Shown piece by piece: positions 29,759 through 42,847 of a stretch of 64,000 bases of DNA. The notes beneath the pieces were generated by a model that saw only the letters and a program-made list of their open reading frames with translations, was not told where the DNA came from and did no database searches. Origin of the DNA: an uncultured Bacteroidales bacterium. GTDB lineage: Bacteria > Bacteroidota > Bacteroidia > Bacteroidales > UBA4417. The position numbers and the translations under genes are program-made. The stretch's first letter is position 1; each line of letters begins with the position of its first letter. The stretch lies in NCBI GenBank assembly GCA_903879715.1, contig CAIRMR010000189.1, positions 30,613-94,612 of the forward strand. The letters run 5' to 3'.

Positions 29759-31021
29759 ATGAAAACCAAAGCAGTAAGAATATATGGGAAAGACGACCTC
29801 CGTTTAGAGGAATTTGAACTTCCTGAAATGAAAGAAGATGAGATTCTGGCAGAAGTGATTTCGGACAGCATCTGTATGTCGTCTTACAAGGCAACCAAGC
29901 AAGGTTCCGACCACAAGCGTATTCCAAATGACATACATATTAATCCTACCATTATCGGGCACGAATTTAGTGGAATTGTAAAATCAGTTGGTAGTAAATG
30001 GCAGCATCAGTTTAAAGCCGGCGACAAATTTTCAATTCAGCCTGCCATGAATTACAAAGGAACCCTTGATGCCCCCGGCTATTCATTCCGCTGGATAGGT
30101 GGTGACGCAACCCATGTTCTTATTCCTGGTTCGGTTATGGAAATGGAATGCCTTTTACCATTCAACGGGAAAGAGTTTTTCCTGGCTTCGCTAGCCGAGC
30201 CAATGTCATGTGTAATAGGTGCTTTTCACGCTAATTACCACACCCGTTCAGGATCGTACGTTCACGAAATGGGGATTAAAGAAGGCGGTAACCTGGCCAT
30301 TCTTGCAGGTGTAGGCCCGATGGGACTTGCGGCTATTGATTATGCACTTCATTGTGACCGTAAACCGGGGCTGATGGTTGTTACTGATATTGATCAGACC
30401 CGCCTCGACAGGGCAGCCAAGCTTCATAGTCCTGAGGAGGCAGCCCGTGAAGGAATTAAATTGATTTATTTGAATACATTCAACTCTGCAATAGCAGTTC
30501 AGGAACTGAAAGCACTCACGGACGATGCCGGGTACGATGATGTATTTGTTTTTGCGCCTGTTAAACCGGTTGTTGAACAGGCCGATCAGATACTGGGATT
30601 TGATGGTTGCCTGAACTTTTTCGCCGGTCCATCCAATCCTGAATTTAAAGCTGAATTTAATTTCTATAATGTTCATTATGCGTTCACTCACCTGGTAGGT
30701 ACCAGCGGCGGCAATACGGACGATATGCGCGAAGCGCTCCAACTCATGGCTGATGGAAGGATTAACCCTTCCGGCATGATTACTCATATCGGCGGATTGG
30801 ATGCAGTAATTGAAACTACCCGTCACTTGCCCGAAATCCCCGGGGGCAAAAAATTAATATATACGCACAAGAAATTCCCCCTCGTGGCACTGGATCAACT
30901 TTCTGCAAATAGCAACGATTTCCCTTTTATGGCTGAACTGGATAAAATGGTGATGGCAAATGAAGGATTATGGTCGCTCGAAGCTGAAAAGTACCTGATG
31001 GAAAACGCGCCGGAGATATAA
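29759..31021 (+). CDS. zinc-type medium-chain dehydrogenase/reductase (sorbose-1-phosphate-reductase-like, 420 aa)
   Basis: Catalytic-domain motifs SDSICMSSYK and GHEFSG, and the Rossmann motif LAGVGPMGLAAI. It is longer than classical ADHs. Confidence 0.75.
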   Translation: MKTKAVRIYGKDDLRLEEFELPEMKEDEILAEVISDSICMSSYKATKQGSDHKRIPNDIHINPTIIGHEFSGIVKSVGSKWQHQFKAGDKFSIQPAMNYKGTLDAPGYSFRWIGGDATHVLIPGSVMEMECLLPFNGKEFFLASLAEPMSCVIGAFHANYHTRSGSYVHEMGIKEGGNLAILAGVGPMGLAAIDYALHCDRKPGLMVVTDIDQTRLDRAAKLHSPEEAAREGIKLIYLNTFNSAIAVQELKALTDDAGYDDVFVFAPVKPVVEQADQILGFDGCLNFFAGPSNPEFKAEFNFYNVHYAFTHLVGTSGGNTDDMREALQLMADGRINPSGMITHIGGLDAVIETTRHLPEIPGGKKLIYTHKKFPLVALDQLSANSNDFPFMAELDKMVMANEGLWSLEAEKYLMENAPEI

Positions 31022-31276
31022 CACTGGCATTTTAAACAGAACCTTTTATTTGAATATTTGTTCTGGAAACTGACGCTTTTCAATCACCATTAGCGTTAGA
31101 AATGATAAAAATAATAGAAAAGTACTGATCCAAAGGGTATTATTTTAACCTTTGGATTCATTCAGATCGAAATGATGATAATCATTTGCATGGCTCAAGA
31201 GGTAATTATCTAACTATCATTTTACCTCACGAAAGGATGACTTTGTAGTACTAACTTTTCCTGCGGTTGGAGGGTA

Positions 31277-31783
31277 TTATTTAGAGAGCTGGTTGTATTC
31301 AATATCGGAAACAGGTTGGAGCCAAACCACACTTCCTTTATCTGTATTTGGGCTTATCGCAATATGAGTAAGACCATTAACGGGTGCTGCGCCGTGCCAG
31401 TGCTCTGTATCAGGTGGAATTTTTACAACGTCGCCTTTTTTGATCACCTGGGCTGGCTTTCCTTTTTCCTGGTAATACCCCGAGCCATCAGTAACAAGTA
31501 GAATTTGTCCGCCCGGATGTTTGTGCCATTTGGTTCTTGCGCCCGGCTCAAAAGTTACGTTGCCTATTGAAGTAGTATAGATGCTGTCATTGTTTACAAG
31601 CATCTGAAGCCATGCTGTGCCGGTGAAATTATTATTGGCGATTTTTTCACCTTTTGGGAAAATGGTTTCTGTTTTCTGTTCTTTTGTGGTGTTGGGCTGA
31701 TGGTTGGTGCAGGCAACCATAAAAACCATTATTGAAACTGCGATAGCAATTGAAATTCTGTTCATAAAGTTTAATTTTTGCAT
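31277..31783 (-). CDS. cupin-domain protein, lipoprotein signal
   Basis: Signal ...MVFMVAC. Cupin motifs WHKHPGGQILLVTDG and PPDTEHWHGA. Confidence 0.75.
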   Translation of the reverse strand: MQKLNFMNRISIAIAVSIMVFMVACTNHQPNTTKEQKTETIFPKGEKIANNNFTGTAWLQMLVNNDSIYTTSIGNVTFEPGARTKWHKHPGGQILLVTDGSGYYQEKGKPAQVIKKGDVVKIPPDTEHWHGAAPVNGLTHIAISPNTDKGSVVWLQPVSDIEYNQLSK

Positions 31784-31869
31784 GTTGTTTTTTTGTAGGT
31801 TATTTTGACCTGGAATTTGCTTTTAGATTGATATAGAAAATGGAGATCGAATATTCTGCTTCAGGCTGT

Positions 31870-32934
31870 TTATCGGTTCATTTTTTTAAAAATCACCAAC
31901 ATGGTTTCTGTATCCAGACTTTCCATATCAATCAGCCTTAAAGATTTTATCATCTTCAGGGTAGAAGTTTTATAGTGCTGAAAATGGGGCGTTTTCAGAT
32001 GTGATTCGTAAGCGGCGCGGCTCGCATATATCTCCAAAAGGCGAATCTGATTGGGATTTTCTTTCTGATACATGGGAAAAATTACTATTACGCCCTGCTC
32101 CACTTTTACCGATGCGGCTGCTTCTTCTTTCAGGATAAGAGTAAATTCCTCTAAAAATTCAGGGAAGATTTCAATTTCAGCGATTCGCACCATCCTGTCA
32201 GATTCAACCTCTGGAATGGTTGGTTGCGATACTAATTTACGTACTACATTAGCCTGTGTGCGGCTGATGTGGATTTCAATAAGGTTGGCAAGTTCGATCA
32301 ATTGGGTTTCAGTGATACCTGTATTTTTGCCTACTTGAATATGGGATTTTAATTGTGGTTCCAACCCCGGCATTGAAGCTAAAGCTGTAATTGTTACCAG
32401 CTCACGTTGTTTGTAACTGAGGATGTCATTTTCAAAGATATCAGCGAAGAGGTGCTCCTTTAAAAACGTATCAATGCGTGGGGCAAATTCTCCATACCCT
32501 TTTGCCGGTCGAGGTTGTGGCGATTTGGTTAGTACTTCCAGTGTTTTTCTTCCCTGCTCATACTTGTCAGTATTCCCTGTCAAAGGCGATGCTTCCCGGC
32601 CCACAATATCTGTAATGCCTTTTGATTTTCTTTCGTCCAAAACGGCCATAAATGTATTAATAGCGTTCAGGCTGCGTGGAAATCCGCAATAGGCATACAA
32701 ATGAACAAGAACTTCCTTTATTTCGTTCACCGTAAGGCCGGCATCGAGACCAGCATTAAGTTGTATGGTCACATTTGATAAATCACCCTTTGCCGTTAAG
32801 GCTGAAATTGCAATAATGCTTTGTTCGCCAGGGCTTAAAGTGCTGATTTCATTCATGTTGTTTTGAGCTTTCAGGGTGAAGGAAAAGCAAGTAATTGCCA
32901 TGATTACCGTAATGTGTATTTTGATTTCTTTCAT
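31870..32934 (-). CDS. secreted carboxymuconolactone-decarboxylase (AhpD-like) repeat protein fused to an ABM (antibiotic-biosynthesis-monooxygenase-like) domain
   Basis: The track start is a TTG at 32943; an ATG (MKEIKIH..) lies at 32934. There are two CMD-like repeats (..VNEIKEVLVHLYAYCGFPRSLNA.. and ..YKQRELVTITALASMPG..) followed by a ferredoxin-like C-terminus (IEIFPEFLEEF..YESHLKTPHFQHYK). Confidence 0.65.
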   Translation of the reverse strand: MKEIKIHITVIMAITCFSFTLKAQNNMNEISTLSPGEQSIIAISALTAKGDLSNVTIQLNAGLDAGLTVNEIKEVLVHLYAYCGFPRSLNAINTFMAVLDERKSKGITDIVGREASPLTGNTDKYEQGRKTLEVLTKSPQPRPAKGYGEFAPRIDTFLKEHLFADIFENDILSYKQRELVTITALASMPGLEPQLKSHIQVGKNTGITETQLIELANLIEIHISRTQANVVRKLVSQPTIPEVESDRMVRIAEIEIFPEFLEEFTLILKEEAAASVKVEQGVIVIFPMYQKENPNQIRLLEIYASRAAYESHLKTPHFQHYKTSTLKMIKSLRLIDMESLDTETMLVIFKKMNR

Positions 32935-33065
32935 AGCGTACAAAATCTGTTGGTGAATAAATTCCGATTCAAATTCTTCCTGAGCAAATCTATAACTTTA
33001 ATTCTCAAATTATCATGATCAAATGTAATCGACAAATGTGCTGCATCCCTTCTTCACTTAGACGG

Positions 33066-34703
33066 TTAGATGCCTTTAGGTTGTAGTTTATCCCCAATTT
33101 TCACAGCCTTTTCAATCACATCCAGTCTCGCTTTCCTTGGATCAGGTTTACCGACTGGTTTACCATCGGGTTGTATATCAAGGATCTCATTTGTTTTTGG
33201 GCTGTAAATGGGCCATTCCGGAAGATTTTTACCATTAGGATTGCCTGTTCTGGCGAAGTTTGCCCAATAGGCATTCAACATCCTGGCCAACTCTTTGTCT
33301 TCGGGCGTTGGAGGGGGTGGAGGCGGCCCGAAGCCACCGATCCCGAGGTTATCGAACACAAATGAAATATCGGTTCCGTGTCCGGGGCCATACTTCATCC
33401 ACTGTTTCATGGCAACAGGTACATATGAGAACAGAAAAATGTAGGCCGGTTCGCCAACAGCTGCAAAAGAACTTGCTGTGAACCGTGAAGGCTCTGCCCA
33501 TATTTTATCCGTGTTAAATTTTGTTTGTATCTCAGCGAATTCTTTGTCTCCATCCGGATCATAGGCAGCTTTAGCCTCATCTTTGAGTTCCCCGAATAGT
33601 GAAAACAGTTCTTCTTTCGAATTACTGGCGTTTACAAATCCTCCACCTATTTCTGCGCTGTTATTCCCGATCATGAGTGGAACATGCGCCTGCCTGCCTG
33701 CCTTGTACGCACTTTCGGAAGTTTCAACGACCAGTTTCCCGTCGAGTATCGGGCCCGAATAGATTCGCGCACCTCCCTGTCCATCATTTTCCTGTCCACC
33801 GTCCACAATATCTTCAACTTTAAGGGCTCGAAGTTTGGCCAGCGCGGCCGCGTCTGTACCCTCAATCCCATGTTTACGGGCAAAGTTTACTCCAACCGTT
33901 TCTGCTGAAACAGGGTAATAAGTGCTTGCATTTTCTTTACTGATCGGTCTGCCGGTCAAAACGCCATCCCGTCCACCGCCGGAATGACTGATCGCTTTAT
34001 GAAACAATCCCTTTGCAGCCGGAATCGTCAGAAGTGAATGTACTGAAACGCCACCGGCAGAGAAACCGAAAATGGTCACATTTTTTGGATCACCACCAAA
34101 CGCGGCGATGTTCTGTTGTACCCAGTGGAGAGCAGCGATCTGGTCCATAAATGCGTAGCTACCCTTTGGTTCTTCCGGATGCTCGGCACTCAAAGCAGGG
34201 AATGCGAAATGTCCGAGTCGCCCCAAGCGGTAATTTAAGGTAACAAGAATAACGCCTTTTTTGGGAAACTGACCTTCGACACCAGGCCCGGAGCCACTAC
34301 CCCCTACGAATGCACCACCGTGGATCCAAACCATAACAGGTAACTTTGCTTTGGGTTTGGTTTCGGCAGGTAGCCATAAATTAAGATACAGGCAATCTTC
34401 GGATGAACCTTCAGATATTGTACCGGGAGCAGCACCCCATCCAGCCTGGGCACAATTTGGGCCAAACTTGCTTGCGTCTCGTTCTCCCTGCCATGCGGCA
34501 ACGGGTTGTGGAGGACGCCAGCGAAACTCACCTACAGGCGGAGCAGCATAAGGGATTCCCTTGAAGCTTTCAACACCGCCTTCAGAAACACCACGTACAA
34601 CTCCTGAGGCGGTTCGAACTTCCGGAGAAGTATTGACATTTGTTTGCTGCCCATGCAAACTGAGACTGATAAGGAGGGCTAAACCTGTTACTATTTTTTT
34701 CAT
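33066..34703 (-). CDS. type B carboxylesterase (para-nitrobenzyl-esterase-like), secreted
   Basis: [16 protein letters not shown], nucleophile motif GFSAGG, 545 aa with a signal peptide. Confidence 0.9.
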   Translation of the reverse strand: MKKIVTGLALLISLSLHGQQTNVNTSPEVRTASGVVRGVSEGGVESFKGIPYAAPPVGEFRWRPPQPVAAWQGERDASKFGPNCAQAGWGAAPGTISEGSSEDCLYLNLWLPAETKPKAKLPVMVWIHGGAFVGGSGSGPGVEGQFPKKGVILVTLNYRLGRLGHFAFPALSAEHPEEPKGSYAFMDQIAALHWVQQNIAAFGGDPKNVTIFGFSAGGVSVHSLLTIPAAKGLFHKAISHSGGGRDGVLTGRPISKENASTYYPVSAETVGVNFARKHGIEGTDAAALAKLRALKVEDIVDGGQENDGQGGARIYSGPILDGKLVVETSESAYKAGRQAHVPLMIGNNSAEIGGGFVNASNSKEELFSLFGELKDEAKAAYDPDGDKEFAEIQTKFNTDKIWAEPSRFTASSFAAVGEPAYIFLFSYVPVAMKQWMKYGPGHGTDISFVFDNLGIGGFGPPPPPPTPEDKELARMLNAYWANFARTGNPNGKNLPEWPIYSPKTNEILDIQPDGKPVGKPDPRKARLDVIEKAVKIGDKLQPKGI

Positions 34704-34724
34704 CTGGCTGGTTTGTTTTTGCTT

Positions 34725-35921
34725 TTATTGTTTGGGAGGTGCTTCAACACCTGAGAAATCAAGGATCATTTTTGGCAGACGCTCTCCTTTAACCTGGATC
34801 TTAACTAACTCTGAATTAAAACCATTTAATTCATCAGCAGTAAACCGTACTGCATCAGAGCCAGTGTTTTCAAACATATGTGCCATTTGTGTTGTACCCG
34901 GAATGGGTACAATCCAGGGTTTTTGTGCAAGTAACCAGGCCAGGGAAATTTGAGCGGGAGTTGCTTCTTTTTGGGAAGCCCACTTTTTTAACAAATCTAA
35001 CATTGCCAGGTTGTCGGGTAAATTCTCCGGCGAAAAGCGTGTCTCCATGCCTCGGATATCGCCTTGGGCAAAACGTGTATATGCGTCAATGGCGCCCGTA
35101 AGGAAACCAACTCCAATGGGACTCCAGGGAACGAATCCAATACCGAGTTCTTCGCAAAGAGGAATAATGTCTTTATCTGAGCCATGATACAATAAGGAAT
35201 GTTCATTTTGAATGGCTGTAACCGGATGCACCTTATGCGCCCGACGAACCGTTTGCGGACCTGGTTCTGAAAGTCCATAGTGCAAAACTTTTCCTTCCTT
35301 AATGAGGTCTTTAATAGTTCCCACTACATCTTCAATTGGCACCTGGGGATCAACACGATGTTGGTACAACAAATCAATACGGTCGGTACGAAGACGTTTC
35401 AACATGTTTTCCACTACAATCCTGATATGTTCCGGTTTGCTGTTTAATCCCGGTAAGCGTTGGCCGGTTTCCTGGTCAAGATTCCAGCCAAACTTTGTGG
35501 CTACAACCACTTTATCCCGAAAAGGCTCAATGCCTTCACCTAATATTTTTTCTACCTCAAAAGGACCGTATGCCTCAGCCGAATCAAAAAACGTTACACC
35601 ATTATCAAAAGCCGTGCGTATAATTTTGTGCATTTCGGAACGCAAAGGGATAGTCGTTTGGTAGGTTCGGCTCATATTCTGAACTCCAAGCCCAATGCTT
35701 GAAACTTCAAGCTTACCGAGTTTCCGGCGTCCGGGGGAAGTAGCTGGCGAATCATTTGTGGCGTTTTGTTCAGGTGAAATAGCATTACCATCTTGTGCCA
35801 TAAGTAATTGTGCTCCTGTAGCCGTAGCAACTAACGCTCCTCCGGCAACTGTAAATCCTACTTTCAAAAAATTACGCCGGTTAAAGCCTGTATCCACTTT
35901 CTTATTTATCGAATCTTTCAT
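34725..35921 (-). CDS. aldo/keto reductase with twin-arginine (Tat) signal
   Basis: N-terminal FNRRNFLKVGFTVAGGALVA..A matches the S/T-R-R-x-F-L-K Tat consensus. AKR core: FFDSAEAYGPFE, LYQHRVD, HYGLSE. Confidence 0.85.
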   Translation of the reverse strand: MKDSINKKVDTGFNRRNFLKVGFTVAGGALVATATGAQLLMAQDGNAISPEQNATNDSPATSPGRRKLGKLEVSSIGLGVQNMSRTYQTTIPLRSEMHKIIRTAFDNGVTFFDSAEAYGPFEVEKILGEGIEPFRDKVVVATKFGWNLDQETGQRLPGLNSKPEHIRIVVENMLKRLRTDRIDLLYQHRVDPQVPIEDVVGTIKDLIKEGKVLHYGLSEPGPQTVRRAHKVHPVTAIQNEHSLLYHGSDKDIIPLCEELGIGFVPWSPIGVGFLTGAIDAYTRFAQGDIRGMETRFSPENLPDNLAMLDLLKKWASQKEATPAQISLAWLLAQKPWIVPIPGTTQMAHMFENTGSDAVRFTADELNGFNSELVKIQVKGERLPKMILDFSGVEAPPKQ

Positions 35922-35942
35922 TTTGACTGTTTTAAATATTTA

Positions 35943-36416
35943 TTAGTGACCACCAGGAGTAAGCAGTTTTGAAAAAGACAATGATCCCAGTTTCCATTCA
36001 CCGTTTTGCTTTACATACACTTCGGTAACCATAAAAGGATTAGTAACTTCGTTTCCGCCAACCACGGCCAGCAAATCAATTCTGTTTAAAAGAATTGCCG
36101 TATTATCAATAATGTTTACTGTTACATCATGGATATCAGCTTTCTTGTACCAGATTCCTCCACTTTTAATGATGTTGATTTCCTGTTCTTTTCCCCATGA
36201 TCCGCCCATATGGACAAACATGGATTTTTCATGGAAGAGATTATTCAAGACATCTATATTTTTGTCCGACATCCATTGCCATTTATCTTTTGAAAGAGTA
36301 ATGATTTCCTGCTCGGCAGCGGTGAAGGTTTTGTTAGTCGGATTTAAACCAGCTTGTCCAAAGGACAATTGAGCACTAGCGATTATTAAAAATAAACCGA
36401 GAATTATTGCCTTCAT
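35943..36416 (-). CDS. secreted NTF2-like (DUF4440/SnoaL-like) protein
   Basis: 157 aa with a signal peptide. The cone-fold pattern ..WQWMSDKNIDVLNNLFHEKSMFVH..VTEVYVKQNGEWKL is present. Confidence 0.55.
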   Translation of the reverse strand: MKAIILGLFLIIASAQLSFGQAGLNPTNKTFTAAEQEIITLSKDKWQWMSDKNIDVLNNLFHEKSMFVHMGGSWGKEQEINIIKSGGIWYKKADIHDVTVNIIDNTAILLNRIDLLAVVGGNEVTNPFMVTEVYVKQNGEWKLGSLSFSKLLTPGGH

Positions 36417-36471
36417 AGTTTTAAGTATTAATTGGTTTTACAATTGAGATATTTTTTGTTGATTCAGGCAA

Positions 36472-38383
<1,912 letters not shown>

Positions 38384-38400
38384 TTTAAACTGTTTGACTA

Positions 38401-39489
38401 TTATTTATCTAAACCTTTTTCCTTTAACCATTTGGACATTAAATCAGCAATCTCATGGTTGTTTAAATCCGAAAATGGGAAGTGCGTATTCCCTTTTATT
38501 CCTATTTCTGGCAGATGTACCACTGTAACATCACCGCCATGTTTGTTCACAGCGTCCCTCCACAACTTTGCCATTTCCATACGTGCCCGCCATCCATCCT
38601 GACCCGGATTAGCATTTGGCTTATCGGGGATATTATCGCCATAATAAATAATGATCGGGATTTTGGTAAGCTTCATAAAATCTGATGATGGCACTCCAAT
38701 AGCTGTGAGTGTGCCCCCTGCCATAGGGATAGGTGCGGGCACTTCTCCTTCGGGAAACACGAAACCGCTACCAGGCTCATACGAAACTATGGCTTTAACA
38801 TTTTGATTTTTAATGGCAGTTGCCCAGCCCATTCCTCCTGAATGTGAGTGTGTAACAAGAATGGCCGCACCGATTTTAGTGAACAAAGCCGAAACTGCAT
38901 CTGAATTCACATTCATATCAATAGGCCCGATATTGGGCACCATCTGGCGAAAATACTGGTTCAACGTATTGGTGTCGCGGGCAAACTGTACTCCATCAAA
39001 ATAGTTTGGCCAGATGCCAACACGAAACGTATCAAACCATCCCTGTTCGTCCGGCGTTGGAGTAATGGTTCCGGCAACTGTGCTGCGTCCGGCATTTCCT
39101 CTCCTGGGTTGGTCGATCAAATAAACAGGAAAATGCCTGCGTAAAAAAATGTTCTGATATCCTTCACGCCCGTCGGGTGTGGTTTCCCAGGTTTTGGAAA
39201 ACTGCCCGATCCCATGCCACATCACCAAAGGATATTTGCGGGCTTTTACCGGAATCTGGTAAAAAACATAGGCGTGATCGCCATGAAAGGTTTGTCCTTC
39301 CGGAGTTGGTTTGTACGGATCAAATGTGCCTGAATTGGTGATTACCGTTCCGCCAACAGCAAAGCTGCCTTGTTCATGAATCATCAATGGCTGCTCTTTG
39401 GTTGTGGCACAGGATGACAGGATGATGACGGATAAGAAAAGGAAGGCATTAAATATTTTTGAAAGTTTCGACCTGTTTATAGTTTTCAT
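38401..39489 (-). CDS. alpha/beta hydrolase, lipoprotein signal
   Basis: The track start is a GTG at 39495; an ATG lies at 39489. Signal ..VIILSSC, elbow-like LVTHSHSGGMGW, and a C-terminal GNTHFPF. Confidence 0.6.
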   Translation of the reverse strand: MKTINRSKLSKIFNAFLFLSVIILSSCATTKEQPLMIHEQGSFAVGGTVITNSGTFDPYKPTPEGQTFHGDHAYVFYQIPVKARKYPLVMWHGIGQFSKTWETTPDGREGYQNIFLRRHFPVYLIDQPRRGNAGRSTVAGTITPTPDEQGWFDTFRVGIWPNYFDGVQFARDTNTLNQYFRQMVPNIGPIDMNVNSDAVSALFTKIGAAILVTHSHSGGMGWATAIKNQNVKAIVSYEPGSGFVFPEGEVPAPIPMAGGTLTAIGVPSSDFMKLTKIPIIIYYGDNIPDKPNANPGQDGWRARMEMAKLWRDAVNKHGGDVTVVHLPEIGIKGNTHFPFSDLNNHEIADLMSKWLKEKGLDK

Positions 39490-39512
39490 TTTCACCTTGT
39501 TTTTTTATACCA

Positions 39513-39520
39513 CAAAGGTA
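39513..39520 (-). promoter_or_regulatory. candidate -7 box TACCTTTG for the 39489-33066 hydrolase/AKR operon
   Basis: Plus-strand caaaggta lies 24 nt upstream of the ATG at 39489 and matches TAnnTTTG exactly. Confidence 0.45.
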
Positions 39521-39617
39521 GATGCAAACTATAAAGACATTGGTAGACAGATTACTGTATCTTCTACCATTTTTACTGATTTGACTTTTTGCGTGCAGGC
39601 AACTGTATTAGAATGCT

Positions 39618-39625
39618 TAATTTTG
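39618..39625 (+). promoter_or_regulatory. candidate -7 box TAATTTTG for the AraC gene at 39648
   Basis: Exact TAnnTTTG match 23 nt upstream of the ATG, divergent from the box at 39513. Confidence 0.45.
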
Positions 39626-39647
39626 TATCAGAAAAACAAAAGCAGAA

Positions 39648-40559
39648 ATGGAACGGACATTCAGATTTGATACGGTTACTGAATACAATGCCTTGAATAA
39701 TCAAGAAACGTTGCACCCTTTGGTGAGTGTAATTGATTTTTCGAAGGCAAATCCAAGGTCGTGGGGTGGCGAAAAGAAAGTCCGGATAAATTATGGTATG
39801 TATTGCATTTTTTTGAAAGACGTTAAGTGTGGCGATTTAAAATATGGACGTAATTATTATGACTACCAGGAAGGCACTTTGGTTTTTGTTGCTCCTGGAC
39901 AAGTGATGGAAATAGAAAATGACGGACAAGTATATCAGCCAAAGGGATATGCCCTGGTGTTTCATCCCGATCTGGTATATGGAACTTCATTGGCCAGAAG
40001 CATAAATGAGTATACTTTTTTCAGCTACGACGCACGCGAAGCACTTCACCTTTCGGAACGCGAAAGGCAGGTGGTTTTGGAAAGTTTTTCAAAAATAGAT
40101 TTTGAATTGCATCAGAACATTGATAAACACAGCAAGAAACTTATTGCCTCTACTATTGAATTATTCCTGAATTACTGCGAACGGTTTTACGACCGTCAAT
40201 TTATCACAAGAGAAAACGTAAATAAGGGAATTTTAGAAAAGTTTGAAGAACAGTTGAACGGCTATTTCTCATCTGATAAGCCTCAAATATTCGGATTACC
40301 CTCTGTTGCATATTTTGCTGAAACACTTCATCTGTCAGCGAACTATTTTGGCGATCTAATTAAGAAGGAAACCGGAAAATCCGCAAAGGAATACATACAG
40401 GACAAAATTATTGATGTCGCAAAAAACAAGACTTTCGGTGCTGCGAAAACTGTAAATGAAATTGCCTATGAATTAGGTTTTAAATATCCACAGCACTTTA
40501 CTCGGCTCTTTAAACAGCGTGTTGGATGTACACCGAATGAGTATAAAAGTTTGAACTAA
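39648..40559 (+). CDS. AraC-family transcriptional regulator
   Basis: C-terminal HTH: VAYFAETLHLSANYFGDLIKKETG ... IAYELGFKYPQHFTRLFKQRVGCTPNEYK. Confidence 0.9.
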   Translation: MERTFRFDTVTEYNALNNQETLHPLVSVIDFSKANPRSWGGEKKVRINYGMYCIFLKDVKCGDLKYGRNYYDYQEGTLVFVAPGQVMEIENDGQVYQPKGYALVFHPDLVYGTSLARSINEYTFFSYDAREALHLSERERQVVLESFSKIDFELHQNIDKHSKKLIASTIELFLNYCERFYDRQFITRENVNKGILEKFEEQLNGYFSSDKPQIFGLPSVAYFAETLHLSANYFGDLIKKETGKSAKEYIQDKIIDVAKNKTFGAAKTVNEIAYELGFKYPQHFTRLFKQRVGCTPNEYKSLN

Positions 40560-40695
40560 CTATAATTCTTTTTGTTTTATCATGTGGTAAAGCAGTTCAA
40601 ATTGAAAAATAATTACAGTGTATTATCACCAACATTTTATAACACATATAACAAGCAGCAGCCGTCATCATGTGTTAACTAGAAACAGATGATAA

Positions 40696-41571
40696 ATGTT
40701 AAAATTCAAAGATTTTGCATCGTACAACAAATACCTCGGCTTACCAAAGCCATTAAACAACGATATTGATGTTGGGTATTACGACCCGCCTAATATGCTT
40801 CTAAAGTCTGAACCAGTAATGGTGGACTTTTACAGAATTTCCTTCAAAATTAATTTTAAAAGCAGAACTACACCAGATACAAAACCGGTAACAGCTGTGT
40901 TTTTTAATAGCCCCGAACTTGTAATGAAGGAGGGATGGGACGTAGAACCAACTTATACAGGCATGTATTTACAACTTTCCAAAAAAATAATTGAAGAAAA
41001 CCGTTTCCTTTTCAGAACATATCTGGACTATGGACAACACGAAGCCTTATATTTAACAGAAGAAGAGGTACAAGAAATTAGTTCTGTCTTTCGATTAATG
41101 TTTAAATATTATGAAAGTGGGAAAGAACATTTTAGTGTTTTACTTTCCTATGTAAATGTATTGATATCGCTGGTCGAAGCTTTCTACAAGAGGCAATTTT
41201 CAACTGACCCAAAACAATACAACAGCATCGTCACAGAATTTCAACAAAGTTTAATTGATTACTACAACCAACCTGCAAACCAACTGCCATCGGTACAATA
41301 TTTTGCTAATAAATTGGGGTTAACTGCAAACTACCTGGGCGACATCGTTAAGCATTTTACCCAAAAATCTGCTCTTGAAAATATCCATGAAATTGTCATC
41401 AATAAAGCAAGTGAACTTTTGGGAAATAACCCACAAATGAACACAACTGAAATCGCTTATGAATTAGGATTTGAATATCCCAACTATTTTTCCAAATTCT
41501 TTAAAAAGCAAGTGGGATTAAGTCCCAGGGAATACCGCTTACAACACAAGGCAAAACTCCAGAAGCAATAG
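40696..41571 (+). CDS. AraC-family transcriptional regulator
   Basis: C-terminal HTH: VQYFANKLGLTANYLGDIVKHFT ... IAYELGFEYPNYFSKFFKKQVGLSPREYR. Confidence 0.85.
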   Translation: MLKFKDFASYNKYLGLPKPLNNDIDVGYYDPPNMLLKSEPVMVDFYRISFKINFKSRTTPDTKPVTAVFFNSPELVMKEGWDVEPTYTGMYLQLSKKIIEENRFLFRTYLDYGQHEALYLTEEEVQEISSVFRLMFKYYESGKEHFSVLLSYVNVLISLVEAFYKRQFSTDPKQYNSIVTEFQQSLIDYYNQPANQLPSVQYFANKLGLTANYLGDIVKHFTQKSALENIHEIVINKASELLGNNPQMNTTEIAYELGFEYPNYFSKFFKKQVGLSPREYRLQHKAKLQKQ

Positions 41572-41574
41572 TTC

Positions 41575-41601
41575 AAACGTCCTCATTTGAGGACGTTTTT
41601 T
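41575..41601 (+). terminator. rho-independent terminator
   Basis: aaacgtcctca-tt-tgaggacgtttttt sits immediately after the stop at 41571. It has a GC-containing stem followed by a T-run. Confidence 0.75.
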
Positions 41602-41664
41602 GTTATAAGTAATTTGTTTCTTTTATTTTGGTAGTATGTTTCCTTCGGCTACTTCGCCTGATTT

Positions 41665-41672
41665 TACCTTTG
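41665..41672 (+). promoter_or_regulatory. candidate -7 box TACCTTTG for the AKR-mdaB pair
   Basis: Exact TAnnTTTG match 26 nt upstream of the ATG at 41698. Confidence 0.45.
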
Positions 41673-41685
41673 CACCATAATTTAA

Positions 41686-42816
<1,131 letters not shown>

Positions 42817-42847
42817 ATAATTTGATCAAACATTGAATATCATAGAA

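Noticed and set aside
30248-30826. 192-aa ORF antisense to the MDR dehydrogenase. Other long antisense ORFs include 11569..12051, 34561..34953, 45850..46242, 52463..52864, 57807..58202 and 50582..50959.
   Set aside because: Each lies entirely inside a well-supported gene on the opposite strand. Their compositions are odd or low in complexity (rich in Cys, Arg, Ser and Phe), and they show no recognisable motifs. These are typical shadow ORFs.
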